From the NCBI GenBank assembly GCA_947632155.1, contig CANROF010000002.1, positions 9,892-73,891 on the forward strand: a DNA stretch of 64,000 nt. Reading direction: 5' to 3'. This document shows, piece after piece, positions 16,349 to 24,709 of the stretch. The notes beneath the pieces were generated by a model. The model saw nothing but the letters and a program-made list of their open reading frames with translations. It was not told the origin of the DNA and did no database searches. The position numbers and the translations under genes are program-made. The DNA is from an uncultured Oscillospiraceae bacterium (GTDB lineage Bacteria; Bacillota; Clostridia; Oscillospirales; Oscillospiraceae). The stretch's first letter is position 1. The number at the start of each line of letters is the position of its first letter.

Positions 16349-17146
16349 TCAAATCCCGAACCGCCGGTAGAGGTCCGCCACGGACTCCTCGGTGCTCAAA
16401 TTCTCCCCCGCCATGGCGCGGATCTGGGCGGTGGTCCCGTCCAGGAGGAGCCGGCCGCGGCCTATGAGCAGGACCCGGGAGCACAGGGCCTCCACGTCCT
16501 GCATGTCGTGGGTGGTGAGGATGACGGTGGTACCGCAGAGCCTGTTCTGCTCCAGGATGAACTCCCGGACCTTCAGCTTGCTGACGGCGTCGAGGCCGAT
16601 GGTGGGCTCGTCCAGAAAAAGCACCTCCGGCGAGTGGAGCAGCGCCGCGGCGATCTCGCAACGCATCCGCTGGCCCAGGGACAGCATCCGGGCCGGGGTC
16701 CTGAGAAGGTCCCCCAGGTCCAGAAGCTCCGTGAGGCGCTCTTTATTCTCCCGGAACCGCCCCTCCGGCACGCGGTAGATGTCCCGAAGGAGCTCCATGG
16801 AATCCGCCACCGGCACGTCCCACCAGAGCTGGCTGCGCTGTCCGAAGACCACGCCAAGGCGCGCCACGTGCCTTTTCCGGTCCTCCCAGGGCACAAGGCC
16901 GTTCACCCGGCACTCCCCGCAGTCGGGCCGGAGGATGCCGGAGAGTATCTTGACGGTGGTGCTCTTCCCCGCCCCGTTGGGGCCGATATAGCCCACGATC
17001 TGGCCGTCCGGGACGGTGAAGGTCATGTCCCGCAGGGCGGGGATCTCCGTATAGCTTCGGGAGAAAAGGCTTTTTACCGCGTTCCCCAGGCCCGCCTCCC
17101 GCCGCCGGACCCGGTATGTCTTGCTGACACCTCGCATTTCGATCAT
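16349..17146 (-). CDS. ABC transporter ATP-binding protein
   Basis: Start moved to ATG 17146 (RBS AAAGGAG 7 nt upstream). Walker A GPNGAGKST, signature LSLGQRMR, Walker B VLFLDEPT. Confidence 0.9.
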   Translation of the reverse strand: MIEMRGVSKTYRVRRREAGLGNAVKSLFSRSYTEIPALRDMTFTVPDGQIVGYIGPNGAGKSTTVKILSGILRPDCGECRVNGLVPWEDRKRHVARLGVVFGQRSQLWWDVPVADSMELLRDIYRVPEGRFRENKERLTELLDLGDLLRTPARMLSLGQRMRCEIAAALLHSPEVLFLDEPTIGLDAVSKLKVREFILEQNRLCGTTVILTTHDMQDVEALCSRVLLIGRGRLLLDGTTAQIRAMAGENLSTEESVADLYRRFGI

Positions 17147-17325
17147 ATTGTTCGCTCCTTTTCTGAAATGGCCCGCCCCGGTCATGTCAGCGGAAGGCAT
17201 TGGGGACCTTCATGACGTTAAGGAGTGCGGGAAATATTTCATCAGGAACAGCGCGGGCGGCAACGACCCCCTCCCGCGCAAGACAAAATATCCTCTCCCC
17301 GCCCGAGAGGGCGAAAAGGAAGTTA

Positions 17326-17355
17326 ATTTTACACCGCCTCACGGCCCGGTGTCAA
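17326..17355 (-). promoter_or_regulatory. promoter of the ABC-2 transporter operon
   Basis: TTGACA, 18 nt, then TAAAAT on the minus strand, about 180 nt upstream of the ATPase start. Confidence 0.55.
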
Positions 17356-17397
17356 GTTTTTTTGTGAAAACCGACAAAAATCCCGGGCAAAACGTTT

Positions 17398-17558
17398 ATA
17401 CTAATATTCATTTAAAATGAGACACCGAGCGGCGAGGATTTTTCGTGTCAGGCAAGGAAGACGCCGCAGGGAATACTTTGTGTATTCCCAAGGCGGCTGA
17501 CGCGGCATGGCGCGAAAAAGACCGGCGCGAATGGCTTATTTTAATTGAATATTAGTAT
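17398..17558 (+). mobile_element. 161-bp foldback MITE, subtype A
   Basis: Terminal inverted repeats plus a shared core (CCGAGCGGCGAGGATTTTTCGTGTCAGGCAAGGAAGACGCCGCAGGGAATAC...). Confidence 0.85.
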
Positions 17559-17597
17559 TACACAGAATAAACATTGGGCGTAGTAGGACAGGGTCGC

Positions 17598-17650
17598 AAA
17601 GAGGCTGTGAAAAGGGGGCGGTTTGCGCTCCTTTCACAGCCTCTTTTTGA
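17598..17650. terminator. hairpin terminator between nfnB and the MITE (bidirectional type)
   Basis: AAAGAGGCTGTGAAA ... TTTCACAGCCTCTTT with a flanking A-run and T-run. Confidence 0.5.
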
Positions 17651-17664
17651 ATTTCAAACAGGGG

Positions 17665-19047
17665 TTATTTGCCGGAAATATAGCGGTGGATGCTTCTGGC
17701 GGCGGTTTTGCCGGCGCCCATGGCTAAGATCACCGTGGCGGCGCCGGTGGAGGCGTCGCCTCCGGCGAAGACGCCCTCCCGGGAGGTGGCGCCGTCGGGG
17801 GCGGTGGTGATGCAGCCCCACTTGTTGGCATCCAGCCCCGGGGTGGTGGTGCGGATGAGGGGGTTGGGGCTGGTGCCGATGGCCACGATGACGGTGTCTA
17901 CCTCCATCTCAAACTCGCTGCCCTCCACGGGGACGGGACGGCGGCGGCCGGAGGCGTCGGGCTCCCCCAGCTCCATGCGGATGAGCTTCATGGACCGGAC
18001 CCGGCCCTTTTCGTCGCCCTCGATGAGCACGGGGTTGCAGAGAAGGTCGAAGACGATGCCCTCCTCCTTGGCGTGGTGGACCTCCTCGGCGCGGGCCGGG
18101 AGCTCCGCCTCGCTGCGGCGGTAGACGATGTGGACCTCGGCCCCCATGCGCCTGGCGCAGCGGGCGGCGTCCATGGCCACGTTGCCGCCGCCGAGAACGG
18201 CCACCTTTTTGCTCTCGAAAATGGGCGTGGGGCTGTCCGGCTTGTAGGCCTTCATGAGGTTTATCCTGGTCAGGTACTCGTTGGCGGAGAAGACCCCCAC
18301 CAGGCTCTCGCCGGGAATCTTCATGAACTGCGGAAGTCCCGCGCCGGAGCCGATGAACACCGCCTCAAAGCCCATTTCAAAGAGCTCGTCGATGCTCAGG
18401 GTCTTTCCGATGACGGTATTGAGCTGGATGTCCACGCCCATTTTTTCAAGGTTCGCCACCTCTTTTTGGACGATGGACTTGGGGAGACGGAACTCGGGGA
18501 TGCCGTAGCTCAGCACGCCCCCGGCCACGTGGAAGGCCTCGTAGACCGTGACGGCGTAGCCCATCCTGGCCAGCTCCCCGGCGCAGGTGAGCCCCGCGGG
18601 GCCGGAGCCGATGACGGCCACCCTGTGGCCGTTGGGGGCCGCCACGTCGGTATTGGCGACGCCGTGAGAAAGCGCCCAGTCGGCGGTGTAGCGCTCGAGC
18701 CTGCCGATGCCCACGCTCTCGCCCTTTATCCCCCGGACGCACCGGCCCTCGCACTGGTTCTCCTGGGGGCAGACGCGCCCGCAGACGGCGGGCAGGGCGT
18801 TGGCCCGGGAGAGGGCCCGGTAGGCGCCCTCCATGTCGCCCTTCTGGATGTGGCCGATGAACTCCGGGATGGGCACGCCCACGGGACAGCCCTCCACACA
18901 TTTGGGATTCTTGCACCCCAGGCAACGGTGGGACTCGCGCTGGGCTAACTCGTCGGTGTAGCCCAGGGCCACCTCTAAAAAGTTTTTATTCCGGACGTCC
19001 GGGGCCTGCTCCGGCATTTTCGTCTTTTCGGGACTCATATCAGCCAT
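17665..19047 (-). CDS. nfnB: NADH-dependent reduced ferredoxin:NADP+ oxidoreductase subunit B (glutamate synthase small-chain-like)
   Basis: Start at ATG 19047 (MADMSPEK), overlapping the nfnA stop by 8 nt. 4Fe-4S motif CLGCKNPKCVEGCP; FAD/NAD folds VAVIGSGPAGL and VAVLGGGNVAMD. Confidence 0.85.
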   Translation of the reverse strand: MADMSPEKTKMPEQAPDVRNKNFLEVALGYTDELAQRESHRCLGCKNPKCVEGCPVGVPIPEFIGHIQKGDMEGAYRALSRANALPAVCGRVCPQENQCEGRCVRGIKGESVGIGRLERYTADWALSHGVANTDVAAPNGHRVAVIGSGPAGLTCAGELARMGYAVTVYEAFHVAGGVLSYGIPEFRLPKSIVQKEVANLEKMGVDIQLNTVIGKTLSIDELFEMGFEAVFIGSGAGLPQFMKIPGESLVGVFSANEYLTRINLMKAYKPDSPTPIFESKKVAVLGGGNVAMDAARCARRMGAEVHIVYRRSEAELPARAEEVHHAKEEGIVFDLLCNPVLIEGDEKGRVRSMKLIRMELGEPDASGRRRPVPVEGSEFEMEVDTVIVAIGTSPNPLIRTTTPGLDANKWGCITTAPDGATSREGVFAGGDASTGAATVILAMGAGKTAARSIHRYISGK

Positions 19048-19888
19048 TTTCCATCCCCTCCAGTCTGCATTTGTGCTCCGCGCGGCGGCGCTGTTCGAAT
19101 TCCTTATACGTGGCGGCCCGGGCGATAGTCTCGTCAAAATCAATTTTGTGGCCGTCAAAGTCCGGCCCGTCCACGCAGGCGAACTTGACCTGTCCGTCCA
19201 CGGTGACCCGGCAGCAGCCGCACATCCCGGTGCCGTCGATCATGATGGGGTTCATGCTGACGATGGTGGGCACGTTATACTGCTTTGTCAGGCGGCAGAT
19301 GAATTTCATCATAACGAGAGGTCCGATGGCGTAGACCTTATCGTACTGCTCTCCGGCCTTCAGCAGCTCCTCTAACTTCCCCGTGGTGAAGCCGTTGAAG
19401 CCGTAGGAGCCGTCGTCGGTGCAGATATAGAGATCATCGCAGGCGGATCTCATCTCGTCCTCCAAGATCACGATGTTCTTTGTGCGGAAGCCGCCGATGA
19501 GGTCCACCTTCGCCCCGGCGTCATGGAGGGCCTTGGCCACGGGAAGCGCGATGGCGCACCCCAGGCCCCCGCCCACCACGGCGGCGCGCTCCACGCCCTC
19601 CACGGGCGTGGGCTGACCCAGGGGCCCCACGAAGTCCGTAAGGCAGCCGCCCTCGGGTATCTCGTCCAGGGTCATGGTGGAGTCCCCCACCTTCTGATAG
19701 ACCACGGTCACCAGCTCCCCCTCCGTGGAGGAAACGGTCAGGGGTATCCTCTCCCCGTCCGCCGAGGCCCTCAAAATTATGAACTGCCCGGCCAGGGCCT
19801 TTTTGGCGATGAGGGGCGCGTATACGGAAATGGAGGAAATATCGGGCGTAAGCACCTTTTTTCTCACGATCTCATATTTTTTCGGCAT
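19040..19888 (-). CDS. nfnA: NfnA-type FAD/NAD-binding oxidoreductase subunit (sulfide/dihydroorotate dehydrogenase-like)
   Basis: ATG 19888 lies 6 nt after GAGGTG. C-terminal 2Fe-2S motif CGCCRV. Paired with nfnB. Confidence 0.82.
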   Translation of the reverse strand: MPKKYEIVRKKVLTPDISSISVYAPLIAKKALAGQFIILRASADGERIPLTVSSTEGELVTVVYQKVGDSTMTLDEIPEGGCLTDFVGPLGQPTPVEGVERAAVVGGGLGCAIALPVAKALHDAGAKVDLIGGFRTKNIVILEDEMRSACDDLYICTDDGSYGFNGFTTGKLEELLKAGEQYDKVYAIGPLVMMKFICRLTKQYNVPTIVSMNPIMIDGTGMCGCCRVTVDGQVKFACVDGPDFDGHKIDFDETIARAATYKEFEQRRRAEHKCRLEGMENG

Positions 19889-19931
19889 CAAAATCACCTC
19901 ATTTTAATGAACGAAAGTAGGCGGATAAACG

Positions 19932-19959
19932 CAATCCGGCTTTTTGAAAAGCCGGATTG
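19932..19959 (-). terminator. hairpin after rpsU
   Basis: AATCCGGCTTT-TTGA-AAAGCCGGATT; the T-run on the minus strand is weak. Confidence 0.5.
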
Positions 19960-19966
19960 GAGGTTT

Positions 19967-20152
19967 TTAATAATAGCGCTTGTTCTTATTCTTCCGGGCC
20001 GCCTCAGACTTCTTGCGGCGCTTAACGGAAGGACTCTGGTAGTACTCCTTTTTACGGAGGTCGGCGAGGACGCCCGCCTTGGCACAGTTGCGCTTAAATC
20101 TCTTCAGCGCGCTGTCCAGCGATTCATTTTCCTTCACATGGACTTCTGACAT
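19967..20152 (-). CDS. rpsU: 30S ribosomal protein S21
   Basis: 61-aa basic protein: [33 protein letters not shown]. Confidence 0.93.
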   Translation of the reverse strand: MSEVHVKENESLDSALKRFKRNCAKAGVLADLRKKEYYQSPSVKRRKKSEAARKNKNKRYY

Positions 20153-20240
20153 CTATTTCCCCTCCCTCCGACACAGGCGATAGCGCTTTGTTTATTTACC
20201 CCGCGGGGCTTTACGCTGAGTTTTAAATTCAGCATTGACT

Positions 20241-20269
20241 ATTATAAATATATTCGCGCCGGTTGTCAA
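20241..20269 (-). promoter_or_regulatory. promoter of rpsU
   Basis: TTGACA, 17 nt, then TATAAT on the minus strand. Confidence 0.7.
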
Positions 20270-20292
20270 TATCTTTTGTAATTTTGAAGATT

Positions 20293-22833
20293 TTATTTTG
20301 CCGGTCTTAAAATGAGGTTCACCAGCTTATTCTTCACGACGATGGTCTTGACCAGCTCCATGCCCTCCATGGCCCGGGCGATCTTCTCCTGGGATTTGAC
20401 GATGGTCAGGACCTCGTCGTCCGGGGCGTCCAGCGGCACCACGGCGGTGGCCCGGAGCTTTCCGTTCACCTGGACGGCGATCTCCTTTTCGCTCTCCACC
20501 ATCTTGCTCTCGTCATATCGCGGCCAGGAGCTGGTGCTGGCGTAGCCCTCAAAGCCCTGGCGCTCCCAAAGCTCCTCGGCAATGTGGGGGGCAAAGGGCG
20601 ACAGCAGGAGCAGAAGCGCCTTGATGTCCCCGCGGGAGGGGGCGTTTTCGGAGAAAGCGTTGACAAGGGCCATCATGGCGGCGATGGCGGTGTTGAACTT
20701 CATGGCCTCGATGTCCTCGCCCACCTTTTTGATGGCGCGGTGGACGGCGGCCTCGTTGGCGGCGCTGTACGTCTCCGGTCCGTCCGCGCGGGCTTCGCAG
20801 AGATTCCAGATGCGGTCCAAAAACCGCTTGCAGCCCCGGACGGCGTTATCGCTCCAGGCGGCGGCCTTTTCAAAGTCGCCGATGAACATGATGTAGAGCC
20901 GCAGGGTGTCCGCGCCGTAGTCCCGGACGATGTCGTCGGGATTTACCACGTTCCCCAGGGACTTGGACATCTTCACGATGGGGTGCTGGGCCATCTCGCC
21001 GTACTGCTCCACCAAGTGGGCTCTGGCGGCGTCCTCCGAGCCGAATTCATCCGTCAGGGCCTTCTGCTGTTCCCGGGTCATGCAGTCGAAGCACCGGGGA
21101 TTCTGGCCCAGGATCATGCCGTGGCTGGTGCGCTTCTGGTAGGGCTCCTTTGTGGGCACCACGCCGATGTCGTAGAGGAATTTGTGCCAGAAGCGGCTGT
21201 AAAGCAAGTGGAGGGTGGTGTGCTCCATGCCGCCGTTATACCAGTCCACCGGGGACCAGTAATCCAAAGCCTCCTTGGAGGCCAGGGCGTCCGGGTTTTT
21301 GGGGTCCATATACCGGAGGAAGTACCAGCTCGACCCGGCCCACTGGGGCATGGTGTCCGTCTCCCGCTTGGCCGGTCCCCCACAGTGGGGGCAGGTGGTG
21401 TTCACCCAGTCGGTCATCTTGCTGAGGGGACTCTCGCCGTCATCGGTGGGCTCGTAGCTTTCCACATCGGGGAGCCTCAGGGGCAGCTCGGACTCGGGAA
21501 GCGGCACCCAGCCGCACTTTTCGCACCAGACCATGGGGATGGGCTCGCCCCAGTAGCGCTGGCGGGAGAACACCCAGTCCCGGAGCTTGAAATTGACCTT
21601 GGCCTTTCCTATCCCCTTCTCCTCCAGCCAACGGATCATGGCGGGGATGGCGTCCTTTACGGTGAGGCCGTTCAAAAAGTCGGAGTTGACCAATATCCCC
21701 GTCTCGTCCTTGGCTGTGAAGGCGCACTTTTGCACGTCCTCCCCGCCGGAGACGACCTCGACGATCTCACAGCCGAATTTCTTGGCAAACTCCCAGTCCC
21801 TGTCGTCGTGGGCCGGGACGGCCATGATGGCTCCGGTGCCGTAGGTGGCCAGGACGTAGTCGGAGATAAAAATGGGAATCTCCCGGCCGTTCACGGGGTT
21901 GACGGCCGCCACGCCCGCCAGCCTCACGCCGGTCTTCTCCTTATTGAGCTCCGTGCGCTCCATGTCGGACTTGGACGCCGCCAGGCGCTGATAGGCCGTG
22001 ACCTCGTCCAAATTTTCAAGGAGCGGAGCCCATTTTTTCAAAAGGGCGTGCTCCGGGGACAGCACCATGTAGGTGGCCCCGAAGAGGGTATCTGGCCGGG
22101 TGGTGAAGACCACGATCTCGTCCCCCGTGGTGGCCCTGAAGGTGACCTCCGCGCCGGTGGAGCGGCCGATCCAGTTTTTCTGCTGGGTCTTGACGCGCTC
22201 GATGAAATCCACGTCGTCCAGGTCGTCGATGAGCCTCTGGGCGTACTCGGTGATCTTCAGCATCCACTGGCTCTTCTCCTTGCGGACAACGGGAGAGCCG
22301 CAGCGCTCGCAGACGCCCTCCACCACCTCCTCGTTGGCCAGGACGCACTTACAGGAGGTACACCAGTTCACGGGGACGGTGGCCTTGTAGGCGAGGCCGT
22401 GCTTGTAAAGCCGGAGGAAGATCCACTGGGTCCACTTATAGTATTCCGGGTCCGTGGTGTCCACCACCCGGTCCCAGTCGAAGCCGAAGCCCAGCATTTT
22501 GAGCTGCCGGGTGAAATTCTGGATGTTGTCGTGGGTGACCTTGGCGGGGTGGACGTGGTTTTTGATGGCGAAGTTCTCCGTGGGCAGGCCGAAGGCGTCA
22601 AAGCCGATGGGGAAAAGGACGTTGTAGCCCTCCATGCGCTTTTTCCGCGTCACCACGTCCATGGCGGTGAAGGGCCTGGGATGCCCCACGTGCAGGCCCG
22701 CGGCGGAGGGGTACGGAAACTCGATAAGTCCGTAAAACTTGGGCTTATCCGAGCCCGTCTCCGCGCGGAAGGGCTTCTCCCGCTCCCAGACGTCCTGCCA
22801 TTTTTTCTCAATTTGTGTAAAATCGTACTTCAT
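20293..22833 (-). CDS. leuS: leucine--tRNA ligase
   Basis: 846 aa. HIGH-region [12 protein letters not shown] and KMSKS motif VKMSKSLGN. Confidence 0.96.
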   Translation of the reverse strand: MKYDFTQIEKKWQDVWEREKPFRAETGSDKPKFYGLIEFPYPSAAGLHVGHPRPFTAMDVVTRKKRMEGYNVLFPIGFDAFGLPTENFAIKNHVHPAKVTHDNIQNFTRQLKMLGFGFDWDRVVDTTDPEYYKWTQWIFLRLYKHGLAYKATVPVNWCTSCKCVLANEEVVEGVCERCGSPVVRKEKSQWMLKITEYAQRLIDDLDDVDFIERVKTQQKNWIGRSTGAEVTFRATTGDEIVVFTTRPDTLFGATYMVLSPEHALLKKWAPLLENLDEVTAYQRLAASKSDMERTELNKEKTGVRLAGVAAVNPVNGREIPIFISDYVLATYGTGAIMAVPAHDDRDWEFAKKFGCEIVEVVSGGEDVQKCAFTAKDETGILVNSDFLNGLTVKDAIPAMIRWLEEKGIGKAKVNFKLRDWVFSRQRYWGEPIPMVWCEKCGWVPLPESELPLRLPDVESYEPTDDGESPLSKMTDWVNTTCPHCGGPAKRETDTMPQWAGSSWYFLRYMDPKNPDALASKEALDYWSPVDWYNGGMEHTTLHLLYSRFWHKFLYDIGVVPTKEPYQKRTSHGMILGQNPRCFDCMTREQQKALTDEFGSEDAARAHLVEQYGEMAQHPIVKMSKSLGNVVNPDDIVRDYGADTLRLYIMFIGDFEKAAAWSDNAVRGCKRFLDRIWNLCEARADGPETYSAANEAAVHRAIKKVGEDIEAMKFNTAIAAMMALVNAFSENAPSRGDIKALLLLLSPFAPHIAEELWERQGFEGYASTSSWPRYDESKMVESEKEIAVQVNGKLRATAVVPLDAPDDEVLTIVKSQEKIARAMEGMELVKTIVVKNKLVNLILRPAK

Positions 22834-22846
22834 TTTTAGCCGCTCC

Positions 22847-23209
22847 TTAGCCCTGCGTTATGAGAGAGCTGATGTCAACCTCCGGGGCGTCTCCCCACAG
22901 GTGCTCCAGGTTATAAAATTTGCGTGTCTCGTCGGTGAAGATGTGGATGACCAGGCACCCGAAGTCCACCAGCACCCATCCGCCGCCGTGGTAGCCCTCG
23001 GTGCGCAGGGCGTGCTCGCCCTGGTCCTCCAGGGCCCTCTCCACCTCGTCGGAGAGGGTCTTGATGTGGGTGGTGTTCCCGGCGGTGCAGATGACGAAGT
23101 AGTCGGCCAGCACCGTCACGTCCTTTGTCTCAAGGACCTTGATGTTTTCGGCCTTCTTCTGGTCCAGTGTCTTTACGGCGATGTCGGTCATCTCTCTGGG
23201 TGTCAGCAT
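22847..23209 (-). CDS. rsfS: ribosome silencing factor RsfS (iojap-like)
   Basis: 120 aa with the [15 protein letters not shown] and [14 protein letters not shown] motifs. Confidence 0.92.
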   Translation of the reverse strand: MLTPREMTDIAVKTLDQKKAENIKVLETKDVTVLADYFVICTAGNTTHIKTLSDEVERALEDQGEHALRTEGYHGGGWVLVDFGCLVIHIFTDETRKFYNLEHLWGDAPEVDISSLITQG

Positions 23210-23268
23210 AATGGATCCTCCCTAAAATAAATTGTGTCCGCGGCGCATTCGGCGCCGGCTTTGATTTT

Positions 23269-23429
23269 ATACTAATCCCTAATCAAAAACTCCAATTCGC
23301 GACGGTCTTTTTTGCGCCATGCTTCGTCAGACGGCTTGACAATACATACAGTATTCTCTGCGCCGTCTTCCTCGCCTGACGCAAAAAATCCTCGCCGCTC
23401 GGTTGGCGTTTTTAATCAGGGATTAGTAT
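23269..23429 (-). mobile_element. 161-bp foldback MITE, subtype B (reverse orientation)
   Basis: Ends ATACTAATCCCTAATCAAAA / TTTTAATCAGGGATTAGTAT. The core matches the family in reverse complement. Its last base is part of the LCP stop codon. Confidence 0.85.
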
Positions 23430-24655
23430 TAACCGTAGACCTTCAATACGCCGCTGGTGGCGTAGAGGTCCCCGTCGGAGTCCCGGGTCACCATGTCGAA
23501 GTTCTCCGCGGTCAGGTCCTGATCGAAGGGGTTCAAATACTCGTTCACCATCTCCAGCCACTCCTCAAACTTCACGGTGGCGTAGGAGCCGCCGAAGGCG
23601 TAGTCGTTGTAGTTGCCCGGCATGGTGTAAAAGTGGATGTCGTCAAAATTGAGCTTCAAAAGCTCCTTGGCAAACCACCCGCACTCCCCCATGTTCAGGC
23701 TGGTCCTGACGTCGGTCATGAAGATGTTGACAAGGGTGGTGATGGGGACGCTGTCCACATTGTCCAAAAGCTGCTTTGCCGTGGTGGAAAGGAAGCTCTG
23801 CTGGGCGTGGATGCGGCCGATGTCCTGCTCGTCGTAGCCCTGGCGGAAGCGCATGTACTCCATGGCCTCCTGGCCGTACATGTGGGTCCAGCCCTCGGTG
23901 AAGTGGATGTACAGGTCCTGGGCCGGGTCGTCGTAGTCCATGTCCTGGGGAACGTAGTAGTCCACGCCGCCGATGGCGTTGATGAGGTCGATAAAGGCGT
24001 TCAGATTGATGATCCCGTAAAAATCCGGCTGGAAGCCCAGGACATCCGCGAAGCCCTGGAGGAAGCTCTCCCGCCCCATGAAGTTATAGAGCGTATTGAT
24101 CTTCTTCACGCTCCAGGAGACGTTGACCAGGGTATCCCGGGGGATGCTCACCACGTTGAGGCTGTAGTCGTTGGTGTCGAAGCGCGCGATCATGATGGTG
24201 TCCGTGCTGCCGGAGATCCTGTCCGTGCCCAGGGCCAGGAACGTATAGACGCCGTCCACGCGCTGGGGTCCCTGGGGGACCGGGCCGGGGTCGTCGGGGC
24301 CCGGGTCGTCAGTCTTGCCGGGGTCGTCGTGCCCCGGGTCCTCGGTCTTGCCCGGGTCGTCCTTGCCGGGATCCTCGCTGCCGCCCGGGTCCTCCCCGCC
24401 GGGGACGGTCACGCCGCCGGCGGGGTTATTGGGCGTCTGGGTGACATCCGGGGGCTTTATCTGGGTCTTGACGAATATGACCACGGCCAGTGCCAGCGTC
24501 GCCAGGACCGCCAGCACGGCGATAAGCGCCTTTTGCAGGCCCGAGAGCCCGGACTTCTTTTTCTTTGGATGCCCGTTATGCCCGCTCCCCTGCTTCGGGG
24601 CGGGGCTGTGGGCGCCGGAGTGCTTTGATTTTTTTGTGCTGCCGAATATCTTCAT
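23429..24655 (-). CDS. LCP (LytR-CpsA-Psr) family protein
   Basis: N-terminal TM anchor, then a Pro/Asp-rich linker. LCP core FLALGTDRISGSTDTIMIARFD..VVSIPRDT. Confidence 0.88.
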   Translation of the reverse strand: MKIFGSTKKSKHSGAHSPAPKQGSGHNGHPKKKKSGLSGLQKALIAVLAVLATLALAVVIFVKTQIKPPDVTQTPNNPAGGVTVPGGEDPGGSEDPGKDDPGKTEDPGHDDPGKTDDPGPDDPGPVPQGPQRVDGVYTFLALGTDRISGSTDTIMIARFDTNDYSLNVVSIPRDTLVNVSWSVKKINTLYNFMGRESFLQGFADVLGFQPDFYGIINLNAFIDLINAIGGVDYYVPQDMDYDDPAQDLYIHFTEGWTHMYGQEAMEYMRFRQGYDEQDIGRIHAQQSFLSTTAKQLLDNVDSVPITTLVNIFMTDVRTSLNMGECGWFAKELLKLNFDDIHFYTMPGNYNDYAFGGSYATVKFEEWLEMVNEYLNPFDQDLTAENFDMVTRDSDGDLYATSGVLKVYG

Positions 24656-24709
24656 GTTACAACCTTACCTCTTGCGATGAAAAGCGCGGGTTATCTCTAT
24701 GTTTCTGTC

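Noticed and set aside
14076-17200. XRE regulator plus ABC-2 transporter considered as a toxin-antitoxin or phage-defence module
   Set aside because: The XRE gene is followed by its own terminator and is convergent with the ABC operon. The transporter genes have ordinary ABC-2 architecture, and no nuclease, toxin or abortive-infection domains are seen.
16145-17215. 356-aa plus-strand ORF
   Set aside because: It lies antisense to the ABC ATPase, which has Walker A/B and signature motifs on the minus strand.
20584-22839. 751-aa ORF on the plus strand
   Set aside because: It lies exactly antisense to leuS. The translation is a low-complexity G/A/V/L/H/P/R-rich string with no recognisable motif, which is typical of stop-poor antisense frames in GC-rich coding DNA.
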